Positions 23,341 through 35,450 of a stretch of DNA of 64,000 nucleotides are shown here, one piece after another (the stretch's first letter is position 1; the number at the start of each line of letters is the position of its first letter). Below the pieces are notes generated by a model. The model searched no databases and had not been told where the DNA came from. It was given only the letters and a program-made list of their open reading frames with translations. Source of the stretch: Galeopterus variegatus (lineage: Eukaryota); assembly GCF_000696425.1 (NCBI RefSeq), contig NW_007726576.1, positions 538,522 through 602,521 of the forward strand, in the 5' to 3' direction. The position numbers were made by a program, and so were the translations under genes.

Positions 23341-23915
23341 ACATACACAAGCAGCATGAACTGACTTATTTACTCCATACACAATAACCTGTAAGGGGAT
23401 ACATGTTACAGGTGAGGAGAGAGAGGCTTAGAGAGGTCTTCCCACTCAGACATGTCTTAGTCCACAGTGGAGCTCCCAGCCCCCACACCCACCACGGAGG
23501 AAGCAATGTCTCAGCACCACGGAAAGACTGTGGGTGCAGGACAGGCGAGGCCCCCGACTGCAATAATGCCATCTGAGTCACAGGACTGCTGCAAGGAACT
23601 GAGAACGTACTCAAACTAAAACTGTCAGAACGGCTTCTGCTGCAGCTCAGACCGTGGTCTCTAACAAAGCCAACTGGTTCAAAACCTGTGTCCACTCCTA
23701 CCAAGTCTTAGGTCTTGCCTCTGGATCTGGTAGGTTTAACTTTCTCTGTATTTAACTTAAAAATCAGATATACCATAAAGAATGTAAGTCATGAAGCAAA
23801 ACAATGAACTGCGCCTGTGACCACCAGGCAACTGGGGTGGGGGTGCCCGTGCACCTTGCACTGCCCCTCTGTGATGACATCTCCACAGGGAGAAGGTGCC
23901 AGGCATACCCTTTCC

Positions 23916-24146
23916 TTTTTTTTTTTTCCTTTTTGTCTTTTTTCGTGACCGGCAACGGATCGCAACCCTCAGTGTCACGCCCGTACCAGACCGGGACCGG
24001 CCACGGGATCGCAACCCTCGGTGTTGTGCCCACACCTCGCTCAGCCAGTGAGCGGCCGGCCTGTATGTGGGATCCGAACCCTCGGCGGGAGCGCCACCAC
24101 ACTTCCCAAGCGGCGCACTGTAGCAGTGTGCCACCGGGCCGGCCCC
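23916..24146 (-). mobile_element. t-SINE trimer, TSD ATACCCTTTCC
   Basis: Full trimer in reverse orientation. Direct repeat ATACCCTTTCC at 23905-23915 and 24147-24157. Confidence 0.9.
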
Positions 24147-25018
24147 ATACCCTTTCCTTTTTAAAATAGTTTTGCCATAAATGCATGTATCCCTAAAAAA
24201 TATATTTAGTTTTGCTTGTTTCTGAGCTTTAACAAGCGTTCTCTATATTTTTTATATACTAGTCCTTTGTCTTTTCACCTTTCTTAGTTCTGATGAATGA
24301 AACTTATTTTGTAGTCAACTTTATCACTTTTTCCTTTATGGTAGGTTCTTTTTGTGTCTTGTTTAAGAAATCTTTCCCTACCACCAAAGTCATAAAGATA
24401 TTACCCTCAATCCTCTAAATACCTAGTATCTAAATATCCTCTTTGTAGGTAGGGCCTTGCTCCACCAGGATTTGATTTTCCTGTGCGGGGTTTGCTCCGT
24501 GTGGATAACCCATCACTCTAACACCTGTGGCGCAGAGCTCATCCTCTCCACATGGACCTGGGACTCACCATCCTTTGTCTGGTTATCATATCTGCACGGG
24601 TATGACTGAAGTCTCTACTCTATTGTGCTAGTTTACCTACCTTCCTTCTGCCAAGTGAATACTGTATTGATTGCTACAGTTTTACACAGTAGGTTTTGAT
24701 TACTACCGGGATAAGTGACTTTGGCTTTTCCTGAGTCATCCACATAAATTTTAGAATCAGTATTTAAAAATTCCATGAAAAACTATGTTGGGAATTTGAT
24801 TGGAACTGCAGTGACACTATAGCAGTTTGAAGAAAAAGACAAATTTATAAAACTGTTTTTCTACTAATAAAAATGGCACATGTAGATTTCAAGAAATCTG
24901 TTAGTTTTTTCTACACAGGCCTTGTTATCTTTTATGAACAATATTGTTAGCAATCTTTTAAAATGTGTTGCTATTGAAAATTATATCTTTTTAAAAGTAC
25001 ATTTATTATTATATAGAA

Positions 25019-25107
25019 ACACAGAAAGAGATGTACATTGTATAGAGATAAATTTGGAAAAAAAATACAGAAAGAGATGTACATTGTATAGAGATAAATT
25101 TGGAAAA
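25019..25107. repeat. tandem duplication, 2 x ~45 bp
   Basis: ACAGAAAGAGATGTACATTGTATAGAGATAAATTTGGAAAA repeated twice with an AAAAT spacer. Confidence 0.8.
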
Positions 25108-26242
25108 TGTATTTGCTTTTTGTACGATGGTCTTAAATCCAGTCATCCTGTAAAACTTCAAAAATTTCTAACAGTTTATTTATAGATTCTTTTGGCTTTT
25201 CTACATAGATCATGCCACCTGACAATGAGGGTTTTTTTTATTTTTTTTGCTTCCTTTCCAATGCTTATACCCTTTTCCTTTGCCTTACTGTGCTGGGTAG
25301 GATCTTTGTAAATGTTGAATAAAAATGATGACAGAAGGCATCTTTGTATTGTTCGTGATTTCAAACAAATGTTCCTAATGTTTCACAGTCACAAAAGACG
25401 TTTGCCGTAGGTTTAATACTCTTCTATCAATCGAGAAAGGCCCCTTTATTGATCGTTTGTTAAGGTTTTTTTTTTTTTTTTTAAATCAAGAATACTGTTA
25501 AATCCACTTCTCCTTTACTCACTGGATTCCTAGGGAAAACCCATCTTGATCGTAAGCGATTATTTTTTTAAACAAGGCTAGATTCAATTTGTTAACGTTT
25601 TGAGATTTTAACATCTGAATTCATGAGTGAGCTTGGCCTGTTGTTCTCCTTTCTTACATAGTTATCTCGTTTTGGTATTGACGTTATAACTGTCTAAGAG
25701 AATAAGTAAGAGTTCTTTGTTTTTAGGAAGACTTTTTCAAGTTTGATATTTTTGCATATAAAACCATCTCAGCCTGGTGTTAAATCTGTGTGGCTGTTTT
25801 AGTTACTATTTCAGGTTCTTTAATAGTTACAAGCCTATTAAGGCTTTCTATTTTTCCTTGGGTCAGTTTGGTTGAATTATATTTTTCCAGGAATTTTTCC
25901 ATGTCATTCAGTTTTCAAATCTATTGGTAAGGAATTGCTCACAGCATTCTTTTACCTTTTTAATCCATGCACACGTCTCTTTTTTATCCAACATATTGTT
26001 TAAGTCTTCATTCTTTCACTCTTTTTAGAGGCTTGTCTATTTTATCAGTCTTTTCTAGGAACCAATGCTGGCTTTACTGATGCTCTCTACTCTATCTTAT
26101 TTGTTGTTTGGCATCCCAAAAGCAATGCTGCTATTTGGCATCTGCCCTCTGGGCAACCTTCTTTCTCCTCCTTGCCCACTAATCCTGGAAATTATCCTGA
26201 TTTTCTGCAAGCTCAGCCAGTGCATCCAAAAACACACGGCAT

Positions 26243-26411
26243 GGGCCAAGCCCGTGGCGCACTCAGGAGAGTGCGGCGCTGGGAGCACAGCAGCGCTCCC
26301 ACCACAGGTTTGGATCCTATATAGGGATGGCCGGTGCACGCACTGGCTGAGCACGGTGCGGCCGGTCTCAAAAAAGACAAAACAAACAAACAAACAAAAC
26401 AAAAACAAAAA
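26243..26411 (+). mobile_element. t-SINE, CTATATAGGG-class with (CAAA)n-like tail
   Basis: GGGCCAAGCCCGTGGCGCACTCAGGAGAGTGCGGCGCTGGGAGCACAGCAGCGCTCCCACCACAGGTTTGGATCCTATATAGGGATGGCCGGTGCACGCACTGGCTGAGCACGGTGCGGCCGGTCTCAAAAAAGACAAAACAAACAAACAAAC. Confidence 0.8.
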
Positions 26412-27462
26412 CACACCGCACACCTAGGTATCCAGGATCTAGTTGCTTTGCAGTAATGGGTCTCCCAGACTATCTACTCTGTCATATATTCTGAATTATT
26501 TAAAAAATTCTCTTCAACTGTTTCTCAAGATTCACAAATTAAAAAAAAAAAAAAAAAAAATTCACAAATTATATGAAGTCTTATCAGATTAATTTCTCAT
26601 TTATATTCTGTCCTAGTTATAAATATATATGCACGATTTTCATTATTTTTCCCTATAGCTGCTGTACTCTATTTCATACAAGGTCCTCCCCTTCTTCTCA
26701 GCCAAGTCTGATAGCCTCAGGCCAGCATTCACAATGCAGCTGGCCCTCCCTATCTGTGGGTTCCATGGGTTGAACCAACCATGGATTGAAAATACTTGAA
26801 CCAACCATGGATGGAAAATATTTGAAAAAAATTGTCTGTGCACTGAACATGCACAGACTTCTTCTCTTGTCATTATTCCCTAAATAATACAGTATAACAA
26901 CTATTTACATAGCATTTGCATTGCGCTGGTTATCATTAAGTAACATAGAGATGACTTAAACAGGAAGATGTGCATAGGTTATATGAAAACACTACACCAT
27001 TTTATATCAGGGACTTGAGTATCCTCAGATTTTGGTATCTGCAGCAAGTCCTGGAACCAATCCTCTTTGGATACTGAGGAACAACTGCATAATCTTATTT
27101 AGTGTTACTACAAAGTTAAAAAGGAATAATACAAATAAATCTGTATTTGATAATTTTCTGAAAGAAATCTAATAAGCTATACAATCAGGCTGCCTGGCAA
27201 GAATAGATAAGGTAGAAAATTAGAAATCTTTATAATTTCTAAATGTGCTGAGCACATTATAAGAACTCAGAAAATACTTGTTTGATCCATTTAAAAGTCA
27301 CTGAATGACTCATCTTCAATATAAAAAGTTACTTATGCAGGAGATCCAAATAAAACCATCTACTGTATTACTTTCTGATTTTGAGATCAGAATCACAGTA
27401 GGAGTAAGAGAGAGAAATAACATGGTGCACTACCCTGACTAAATTCCGCAGAATAAACTCAC

Positions 27463-27720
27463 CCAAATTCTCATCCATCTGGCACATACTGTCTAAAACC
27501 TCCTGATCACCTTCTGCAGCAATGTATGCCCAAGTATCAGTTTCATCTCTTATATTTCTCCTTTCTTTAAGTGACTGCTTATTTTCCTTGGTTTTGTGAT
27601 CTTCTGTGGTTTTACAATCCAGTGGTATTTCTTCTCTTTTCCGATTATTCTCAGGAACATCATTTTTTTCTTCTGGAGTTAATTTAAATAAATCAAACGC
27701 ATTTCCGATTTCCTTAAATG
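27463..27720 (-). CDS. MPHOSPH8: MPHOSPH8 exon 5
   Basis: Acceptor TTTTTTACTAG|CA (AG at 27722-27721). With the carried A this gives T FKEIGNAFDLFKLTPEEKNDVPENNRKREEIPLDCKTTEDHKTKENKQSLKERRNIRDETDTWAYIAAEGDQEVLDSMCQMDENL plus G. Donor G|GTGAGT (GT at 27462-27461). 258 nt. Confidence 0.9.
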
Positions 27721-27969
27721 CTAGTAAAAAAACATTAAAATTGATGGCAAGTATGAGTCACAAATTTCTCTTGTAATCAAAAGAAAATCTGGGTTAGTGT
27801 TAAAGAAATAGGTATCACCTTAATTTTTACTAGTATTTTGCACGATCAGATTTACCATCGAAGCCACAACGTCTGGTCTTTCAACTGGTCTTTTCTGTTG
27901 CTGCTACTCAACATTTAGAAAGGATGTTCACAGTGAATGGCTACTCATCAGGTGTTCTGAATCACTCAC

Positions 27970-28190
27970 CTGTAGTTGTGGCAAAGGCCTGCTGAGGATG
28001 GTGGGCCTCAGAATGAGACCCACCTGGTCATGCCACCCATCTCCTACTGCTAGATACACCAGACTGTCAACCACTGCACACTGTAGTTGTGGCAAAGGCC
28101 TGCTGAGGATGGTGGGCCTCAGAATGATACCCACCTGGTCATGCCACCCATCTCCTACTGCTAGATACACCAGACTGTCAACCACTGCAC
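27970..28190. repeat. tandem duplication, 2 x 111 bp (MPHOSPH8 intron 4)
   Basis: CTGTAGTTGTGGCAAAGGCCTGCTGAGGATGGTGGGCCTCAGAATGA(G/T)ACCCACCTGGTCATGCCACCCATCTCCTACTGCTAGATACACCAGACTGTCAACCACTGCAC twice, about 98 percent identical. Confidence 0.85.
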
Positions 28191-29379
28191 CCTTAGTTTG
28201 TATAGATGTGATTTCTGGTGGTGAGGGGGAGAAATAGCAGGTGCCTGAGCACCAACAATGCACCTGGTAAAACTGTACCTGATGCCACCAGCTTTTAAGT
28301 GAATAATAGTGGGAAGAAAACTGGCAAAGCTCCAGACTTGTCATAGGAAATAATCCAAAAAAGAAAACGCTATTAGGAAGAATTGTATTATAAACTCCAG
28401 GTACATAGTAGACAGATTTTATTAGCAAGGGATATTGAAAACCGGACTCCCAGTGAGTACCATTATAAATGGGACAAACAGTAGTTCCATTTAAGGCATA
28501 CTGGGTCACAGTAAAAGTGTGCCTTCAATTGACATACGAGACGCCAGGAATAAGAAAAAGTTAACGAACCAGGTCCAATTTTGCAATATTTTGAATCACT
28601 CTTTGAAGAATAGCAGGGGTTTAAAATGTTTGTATTATTTTGAACAGATATGCTCTTTCACTTACAGTAACTTACGCACGACCCACTGGAACAGCAACTG
28701 TTCCTTCCCAGCTTCAACTACCTGCTTCTACCTTCAAGCCTCGCTCAGCTGAGAAATAAAATCTACTATCAGTATTACTTCAAATACATACAGCTTTTGG
28801 GAGAAAACCCAGGGGAAATTATCCACCTCTTAGAAACACTGCTTCCAAGAGAATGTGTGTTCCAAGTACTTTTGGTACATAAACTATTTATCTACTGGAG
28901 CTTATTCAAACACCATACGGTGATTTTTGAAATGAAGCAGTTGTTTCAGTACTGACATGTGTTATGGATTCTCAATTATGGTATATCTTGAAGTGATCCA
29001 AAATGTGTATTCAACATTATACTTGTGTTGGTACAAATGACACAGAGTAAAATACAATGAATATATTAAGCAAGTCTGTTTTATTTAGCATGCACTATAA
29101 AAAAGACACATTTACTTTTCTGCCATAACTAATTTCTTGTCTAATTCTAACTTACTCCATCAGCATACTGAAAAGGAGGAAAAACTAATTACATAATTAC
29201 ATAAGTTGTTATATAATAAATTTACATAACTGGTTAAACAAAGGCTCTAAATTCCCCAGTGAATAAAATTTTCCAGTTCTATGACATAGCAGGTTAGAAA
29301 AGACTGTCTTATAGTAAATTAATTTCTTTGCATAAAAGATGGTACTGTAAATGGTTAAAATGTTAGTATTTACACTCAC

Positions 29380-29479
29380 TCTTTAATCCCTTTGGCTCTT
29401 TTCGGCCTTTTTCTTCCTTCTCTGAATCATGCCTTTTCTGATATTTTTCTTTGGGTTCATTTTTTTTGGTCTCTTTCTC
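29380..29479 (-). CDS. MPHOSPH8: MPHOSPH8 exon 4
   Basis: Acceptor TTTTTCAG|GAG (AG at 29481-29480). Translation EKETKKNEPKEKYQKRHDSEKEEKGRKEPKGLK plus 1 nt. Donor A|GTGAGT (GT at 29379-29378). 100 nt, ends in phase 1. Confidence 0.9.
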
Positions 29480-30739
29480 CTGAAAAAGACATATGTAAGA
29501 CCCTGAACGAGAATGGATAAAAGGCTGGTATTGTCTATTTGAAAACTGGAAAACACCGGTTCCTGGTGTCAATGACTGCCTTTATAAACTGTGGCACATG
29601 GCCAGAGATCATTAAGTTTTTTCGCATAAACTGCTTCCTCAATCAAGGTTATCCTTCAATCACATGATAATTTCTAAAACATCAAATCCAATTTAATATA
29701 AAAAATAATCTCCCCCCAAATCTCACCTATAGTCTTACTGATCACACACGACTATTTTTATTTCTCCATGCTCCCCCTTCTGAACTTGTCACTTTGCATA
29801 CATAATTTTTAAAAATTCATTTTCTTTATTTACACTGCATAGATATTTTTACATGGCAGTGTTCATATGTATGTATGGTATTCTTCTCCACCCCATTTTC
29901 TAAACTTTCCTGGTTTTGCTACAATGATGTCATAATTAATATTTCAATGGCTATAACAGTCCCCAGGTTGCCACATCAATATTTTCTTAACCATCTCCCC
30001 CATGGCTAGAGGGTTAGACTGTCATCAGCTGTTCACTACTGAAGATAATACTGCCAAATCCATCTTTGTATACACAACTTTTTTCATCCTTTTAAAATGG
30101 TTTACTTAAGAAAAATTCCCAAAACTGGGAATAATGGATGAAAAAAAAATTATCTTTTCTTATGGTCTGGTCCTTGATAAACAATGCATATAAGAATACT
30201 TTCATAATTTGAAAAATATTTCCATTTTGAAAAAACACATACCAGTGTTTTTATAATAATGAGAGAAACTATTAAATATGCTTTTGTAAGAATTAAAAGA
30301 CTTGTAATGTTAATGCATTTTGTATAATATTAAGTAAAAAGTGGTTTATTCTTAAGACAATGGAGGGAACATACCAAGAACAATGTGAAAACCTAATAAA
30401 ATATGCTGATGAAGCAATAAGCCTGAGTACACAACGCTGCAGATCACCTGAGTAACCCTAAAAGGACATGCTGACTTTTGCACATAAATTAGCCCTCAAT
30501 TTTCTAGTTGTAGTCAGTGTAAAAGGCAACCAGCTGCAGGCAGAGAGAAGCTGGTAGTCCCCTGGCTGAGGAGCTCAGCCTTTACAGCTGTCCACGCTTA
30601 GCCACACTATTCAGCACCCCCCTGATGATGCAAACACTGTCAGTTTGACCGTTTCCTTTTCATCGCTTGTGACACTTGTGGCCCACTCAGAACAGCACTA
30701 GCCCGCCGCACCCTGCGAGGCTGCCCCCGCGGCCCTTAC

Positions 30740-31591
30740 CTCCTCCGTGCAGCCACCGGACCTGAGCCCGAGGCCCCTCTCTTCCCCGCCCGGTCGCCAG
30801 CCCTTCTGCGGCGTCTGGGCAGACACAGGTGTCGGCTTATCTACCTCGGGGGTGTTTCCGCCTCTGTCTTGACCCCTTTGCTTTTTAGGCACAGTTTTCC
30901 TCTCTAAGAAAGAGTTCTTGTTTCCCAGCTTCCTGCCCTCCTTGGGGTCCTCGGGCTTCCTCGGCGCCTTCTTCTTCCTCTTGGCTCTGAGGTGCGCAGG
31001 CTCCTCCGCACCCGCGCCCGCCGGCGGCTCCTCAGCTGCGCGGTCCTCGCGGGCCTCCTGCCCGGCTCGCTCTTCTGCGCTTTGAACTTTCTGTTGCTCT
31101 TCTCGGATATCAGAGTGTAAGTCTTCACTGTCATCTTCTTGAAAAGGGGAATCATTAAGCACACTTGATTCAGATTCCAACTGAGAGTCAACGCATTTCT
31201 CTTTTTTTGTTTTTCTGTTTTCTTTGGGATCTTCTCTTTTAATCTTTAAATCTCTTATTTCACCCTTTTTAACTTTCTTTAATTCCTTACTTTCTTTTAT
31301 TTCATCTTTCTTGGGCTTTTTGGATTCCTTTAATTCTTCTTTGGCTTCCAAAATTCTTTTCTTTGTCCTTAGATCAAAAACTAAGCTTTCGGAGGTGCCT
31401 TCCAGGTCTGGTTTGGACTTATCTTTTGGCTTCCCAGTCTTTGCTTTTTTCTTTTTCAGATCATCTGGGCTTTTCTCTTCTCTATGCCTCAATTTTTTCT
31501 TTTTCTTCTTTGGAGAAGTATCTTCTTTTGTCTCACTTTGCTGATCACTATCAGAGTTTGCCTCAAATATGTCATTATTTAAGGATAGTCT
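30740..31591 (-). CDS. MPHOSPH8: MPHOSPH8 exon 3: large K/E/S-rich low-complexity exon (852 nt)
   Basis: Acceptor TATAG|AGA (AG at 31593-31592). Translation RLSLNNDIFEANSDSDQQSETKEDTSPKKKKKKLRHREEKSPDDLKKKKAKTGKPKDKSKPDLEGTSESLVFDLRTKKRILEAKEELKESKKPKKDEIKESKELKKVKKGEIRDLKIKREDPKENRKTKKEK...KTVPKKQRGQDRGG...PVSAQTPQKGWRPGGEERGLGLRSGGCTEE. Donor GAG|GTAAGG (GT at 30739-30738). 284 codons in phase 0, same frame as the 264-aa track ORF 30698..31492. Near-identical to the MPP8 disordered region as recalled. Confidence 0.9.
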
Positions 31592-32462
31592 CTATAAAAT
31601 ATAAAAAATGTTAAATACTCATTAACATAGTAATTTTAAAGGCTCTGAAAACTAGCACTAATGAAATTTGGTAGAAATTTTTTTCCCAAGCAGATCCTCA
31701 ACTCCTTAAAATTACTTACCTAAATTGAAGTTGTATAGTATATTACTTATATCTATGTTTTGGCAAATAGATCTTGGTGGTGATAATGAGCATCAATTTT
31801 AAAAAGCCGACAGACATAATATTAATAAAATTACATTTTCCTTAAAAAATAAATAAATAAATAAAAAGCAGACAGAGAGGGACAGGAAATGTCAGTGCTA
31901 CTGAAGGTCCCAAACTTCAAGTCGGAGTAAATAATAATAGCCTCATATATGGTGGGTTATAAATGATTTGAATTTCAAAATTTCCAAAAACACCAGGGAA
32001 GTAATTTTTACAGACTTTGTTGGTTGCCAACAAAGTAGTTAATAATCCAAAGACAGATTTTTTAAGACCTTGTATCCCGGAATGTCCTTAAACTTGCTGT
32101 TAATATTTTGGTTATGTATGGAACAAGCAAGATTGTACACAAGTCTTACCTCCCCAATTGATTTGTTATATAGTCTGAAATATTCCCTATGGAAAATATT
32201 CTGAAAGTTGTAAAATTCAAAACAGAGTCACCTGTGTCAAACCATGGCAAACAGTCGGTGAAAGCTGTAAAGAGAGGGCTCTCACACACAATTTGCCTGA
32301 TAACAGTAACTATCACAAGAAATTTTCCAAACTGCAGCTTCCTACACAAATCACACAAGACAGCAAACTGCTTATATAGGAACACTTGCCTGACATACTG
32401 TCTCACAAGCCTAATCCAAATCTGTAAGGGCCTAACTCCAAGATTACAAGTTCGACCTAGTA

Positions 32463-34745
32463 CCTTACAGGCATACCATGTGCATTCCTCTTCACTGATA
32501 GTGAGTTTTTACACATCGAAGGTTTGTGGCAACCCTGTGTAGAACTAATCTACCAGCATTATTTTCCCAACAGCATGTGCTCACTTCGTGTTTCTGTGTC
32601 ATATTTTGGTAATTCTTGCAATAGTTTTCACTTTTCCATTATTATTACATCTGTTACGGTGCTCTGTGATCAGTGATCTGTGATGCTGCTACCATAATTG
32701 TTTTGGGCACCACAAGCCACACCCACACAATACGCAAACTTCATAAATGATGTGCGTGTTCTGACTGCTGCACCGACCGGTTGTTCATCTCTCCCCCTCT
32801 CCTCAGGCCTCCCTATTCCCAAATACAATACTGAAATTGGGCCAATTAATCCTACAATGGCCTTTAAGTGTTCAAGTGATTTTAAGACAAAGCTGGAAAT
32901 GATTAAGCTCAGTGCTGAAGGCATGTCAGAAGCCAAGACAGGCCAAAAGCAAGGCCTCTTGCTCCAAACAGCCAAGTTATGAGTGCAAAGGGAAAGTTCT
33001 CGAAGGAAATTAGAAGTGCTCCCCAGGAAACACACGAATGACAAGAAGCCAAGCAGCCTCATTGCTGATGTGGAGAAAGGGCTAGCAGTCTGGACAGAGA
33101 TCAAACCAGCCACAACATTCCCTTAAGCCAAAGCCAGACCCAGGGCACGGGTCCCAGCTCCCTTCAATTCTGCAAAGGCTGAGAGAGGCGAGGAGGCTGC
33201 AGAAGAAAAGTCTGAAGCCAGCAGAGGTTGGCATATGAGGTCTAAGGAAAGAGGCTGTGTCCATAGCATAAAAGCTCAAGGTGGGGCCGGCCCGGTGGCG
33301 CACTGCGCTAGTGTGCCGCTTGGGAAGCACGGAGGCGCTCCCGCCGAGGGTTCGGATCCCACATGCAGACCGGTTCCCGCTCACTGGCTGAGCGAGGCGT
33401 GGGGGCAACACCGAGGGTTGCAATCCCGTTGCCGGTCCCGGTCCGGTACGGGGGCGACACTGAGGGTTGCGATCCGTTGCAGGAAATTAGAAGTGCTGCC
33501 CCAGGAAACACATCAAGGACAAGAAGCCAAGCAGCCTCATTGCTGATGTTGAGAAAGTGCTAGCGGTCTAGAGAGATCAAACCAGCCACAACATTCCCTT
33601 AAGCCAAAGCCTGACCCAGGGCACAGGCCTCAGCTCCCTTCAATTCTGTGAAGGCTGAGAGAGGCGAGGAGGCTGCAGAAGAAAAGTCTGAAGCCAGCAG
33701 AGGTTGGCGCATGAGGTCTAAGGAAAGAGGCTGTGTCTATAGCACAAAAGCTCAAGGTGGAGAGTGGATGCCGATGTGGAAGCCACAGCAGGTTATCCAG
33801 GATCTAGCTAAGCTCAACCACAGATTTGCAGTGTAGACCTAACAGCCTTCTATTGGAAGAAGATCTGGGCAGAGAAAACTGAAAACCTTCTGGAAAGGAT
33901 GCACCACTCTAGATGCCGTTAAGAACATTTGTGAGTCATGGGAGAAGGTCGAAATATGAACATTAACAGGAGTTTAGAAGAATTTGATTCCAACCCTTGC
34001 AGATGACTTTGAAGGGCTCAAGACTTTCGTAGAGGAAGTAACTGCTGATGTGGCGGAAACAGCAAGAGAATCAGAATTAGAAGTGGAGCCTGGAGATGGG
34101 ACCGAACTGCTGCAATCTCGTGATAAAACTTTAACAGATGAGGAGTTGCTTCTTCTAGAGGAGCAAAGAAGGTGGTTTCTTGATGTGGAATCTACTCCTG
34201 CTGAAGATGCTGTGAACAATGTTGAAATGACAGCAAAAGATTTAAGGTATTACATAAACAGTTGATAAAGCAGCAGCAGGGTTGGAGAGAACTGATTGCA
34301 ATTTTGCAAGAAGTTCTCCTGTGGGTAAAACACCATCAAACAACACTGTATGCATCAGAGAAATCTTTTGTTAAACCAAGAGTCCATTGATGTGGCAAAC
34401 TTCACTGTTGTCTTATTTTAAGAAACTGCCACAGCCACCCCAGCCTTCAGCAACCACCACCCTGATCAGTCAGCAGCCAGGGGCACCAAGGCAAGACCCT
34501 CCACCAGCAAAAAGATTACGACTTGCTGAAGGCTCAGCTGATTGTTAGCATTTTTAAGCAATAAAGTATTTTCTAATTAAGGTATGTGCATTATGTTTTT
34601 AGACATAATCCTATTGCACATTTTAATAGACTACAGTAAACATAACTTTTATATGCACTGGGAAACAGAAAAATTTGTGTGGCTTCCTTTATGGTGGTGG
34701 TCTGAAACTGAACCTGCAATCTCTGGGGTATGCCTGTACTTGTTG
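32463..34745 (+). mobile_element. Tigger1-like (pogo/Tc1-mariner superfamily) DNA transposon remnant, internally deleted, carrying a secondary SINE insertion
   Basis: Decayed transposase reading frames: ...KCSSDFKTKLEMIKLSAEGMSEAKTGQKQGLLLQTAKL..., [30 protein letters not shown]..., LYWKK..., FWKGCTTLDAVKNICESWEKV..., [91 protein letters not shown]..., [45 protein letters not shown]. Terminal CAGGCATACC-like ends at about 32463 and 34745 (rc). The middle of the transposase is missing. Confidence 0.65.
33284..33480 (+). mobile_element. t-SINE trimer, 3'-truncated, no poly-A, flanked by a 280-bp duplication
   Basis: GGCCGGCCCGGTGGCGCACTGCGCTAGTGTGCCGCTTGGGAAGCACGGAGGCGCTCCCGCCGAGGGTTCGGATCCCACATGCAGACCGGTTCCCGCTCACTGGCTGAGCGAGGCGTGGGGGCAACACCGAGGGTTGCAATCCCGTTGCCGGTCCCGGTCCGGTACGGGGGCGACACTGAGGGTTGCGATCCGTTGC, then an abrupt junction with no A-tail. 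Confidence 0.8.
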
Positions 34746-35239
34746 ACATGTTAGGATTGAGAAGTAAATAAAACAGTCCCTGCTCTCATGAAACTTACAT
34801 TCTGGGGAGGAGGGAGAAGGAGAGACAAACGATAACTAAATAAATGAATGTGTGTGGTATCAGGCAGTGATGAGTGCTAAGATGGAGCGGGGGAGCTCTC
34901 CGGATAGGAAAGCCTCACGGATAAGGGCCAGCCGAGCAGAGAGGGAGTGCATCCTACAGACATCTGGGGGAAGAGGAAACATCAAGAGTGAGGCCTGGGG
35001 GGTCACTCAGGTGCCATGGCTGATGTGGGAAGGGGCATCGTCAGTACTCACTAGCCACCACATGATAAGGTTGGTTCGTTATGCCCATCGAAAACTAGAG
35101 CCCATGGAACTTTTTGTTTCGAAGACCAAAGTAGTACACAATGGCACAGGAGTTTCAGCAAATTCAGAAAGGCACAAGAAGCAAGTAACCATTGCCTACT
35201 TTCCTACCACCCAGAGATAATTCGACCCATGCACTGCTT

Positions 35240-35450
35240 TAAATAAAAGTCACATTGAATTACACTGTGCCTACTTCATTCATTCAACAGAAATTTATCG
35301 AGCACCTGTTATGTGCCGGGAACTATTTTTCTCATGGGGGATATATCAGTAAATAAAACAGACAAAAAATCTGCCCTTAGGGAGCTCACATTGGAAGAGG
35401 GAGAAATGGACAACCCAGCAAATAAACACAATACATAAATTGTCAGATGG
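35240..35450 (+). repeat. ancient SINE-like interspersed repeat (CATTCATTCAACA..TTTATTGAGCACCTACTATGTGCCAGGCACTG family)
   Basis: CATTCATTCAACAGAAATTTATCGAGCACCTGTTATGTGCCGGGAACTATTTTTCTCATGGGGGATATATCAGTAAATAAAACAGACAAAAAATCTGCCCTTAGGGAGCTCACATTGGAAGAGGGAGAAATGGACAACCCAGCAAATAAACA. A second, weaker copy lies at about 54790-54930. Confidence 0.4.

Noticed and set aside
27928-28509. 193-aa minus-strand ORF
   Set aside because: Spans the 2 x 111-bp tandem duplication in intron 4. The internal peptide repeat (VDSLVYLAVGDGWHDQVG.ILRPTILSRPLPQLQ twice) comes from the duplication, not a domain.
32698-34265. Transposase-like ORFs (32698..32982+, 33648..33836+, 33984..34265+)
   Set aside because: Real homology to Tigger1/pogo transposase, but the frame is broken by stops, an internal deletion, a SINE insertion and a 280-bp duplication. 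It is a dead transposon remnant, not a functional gene.
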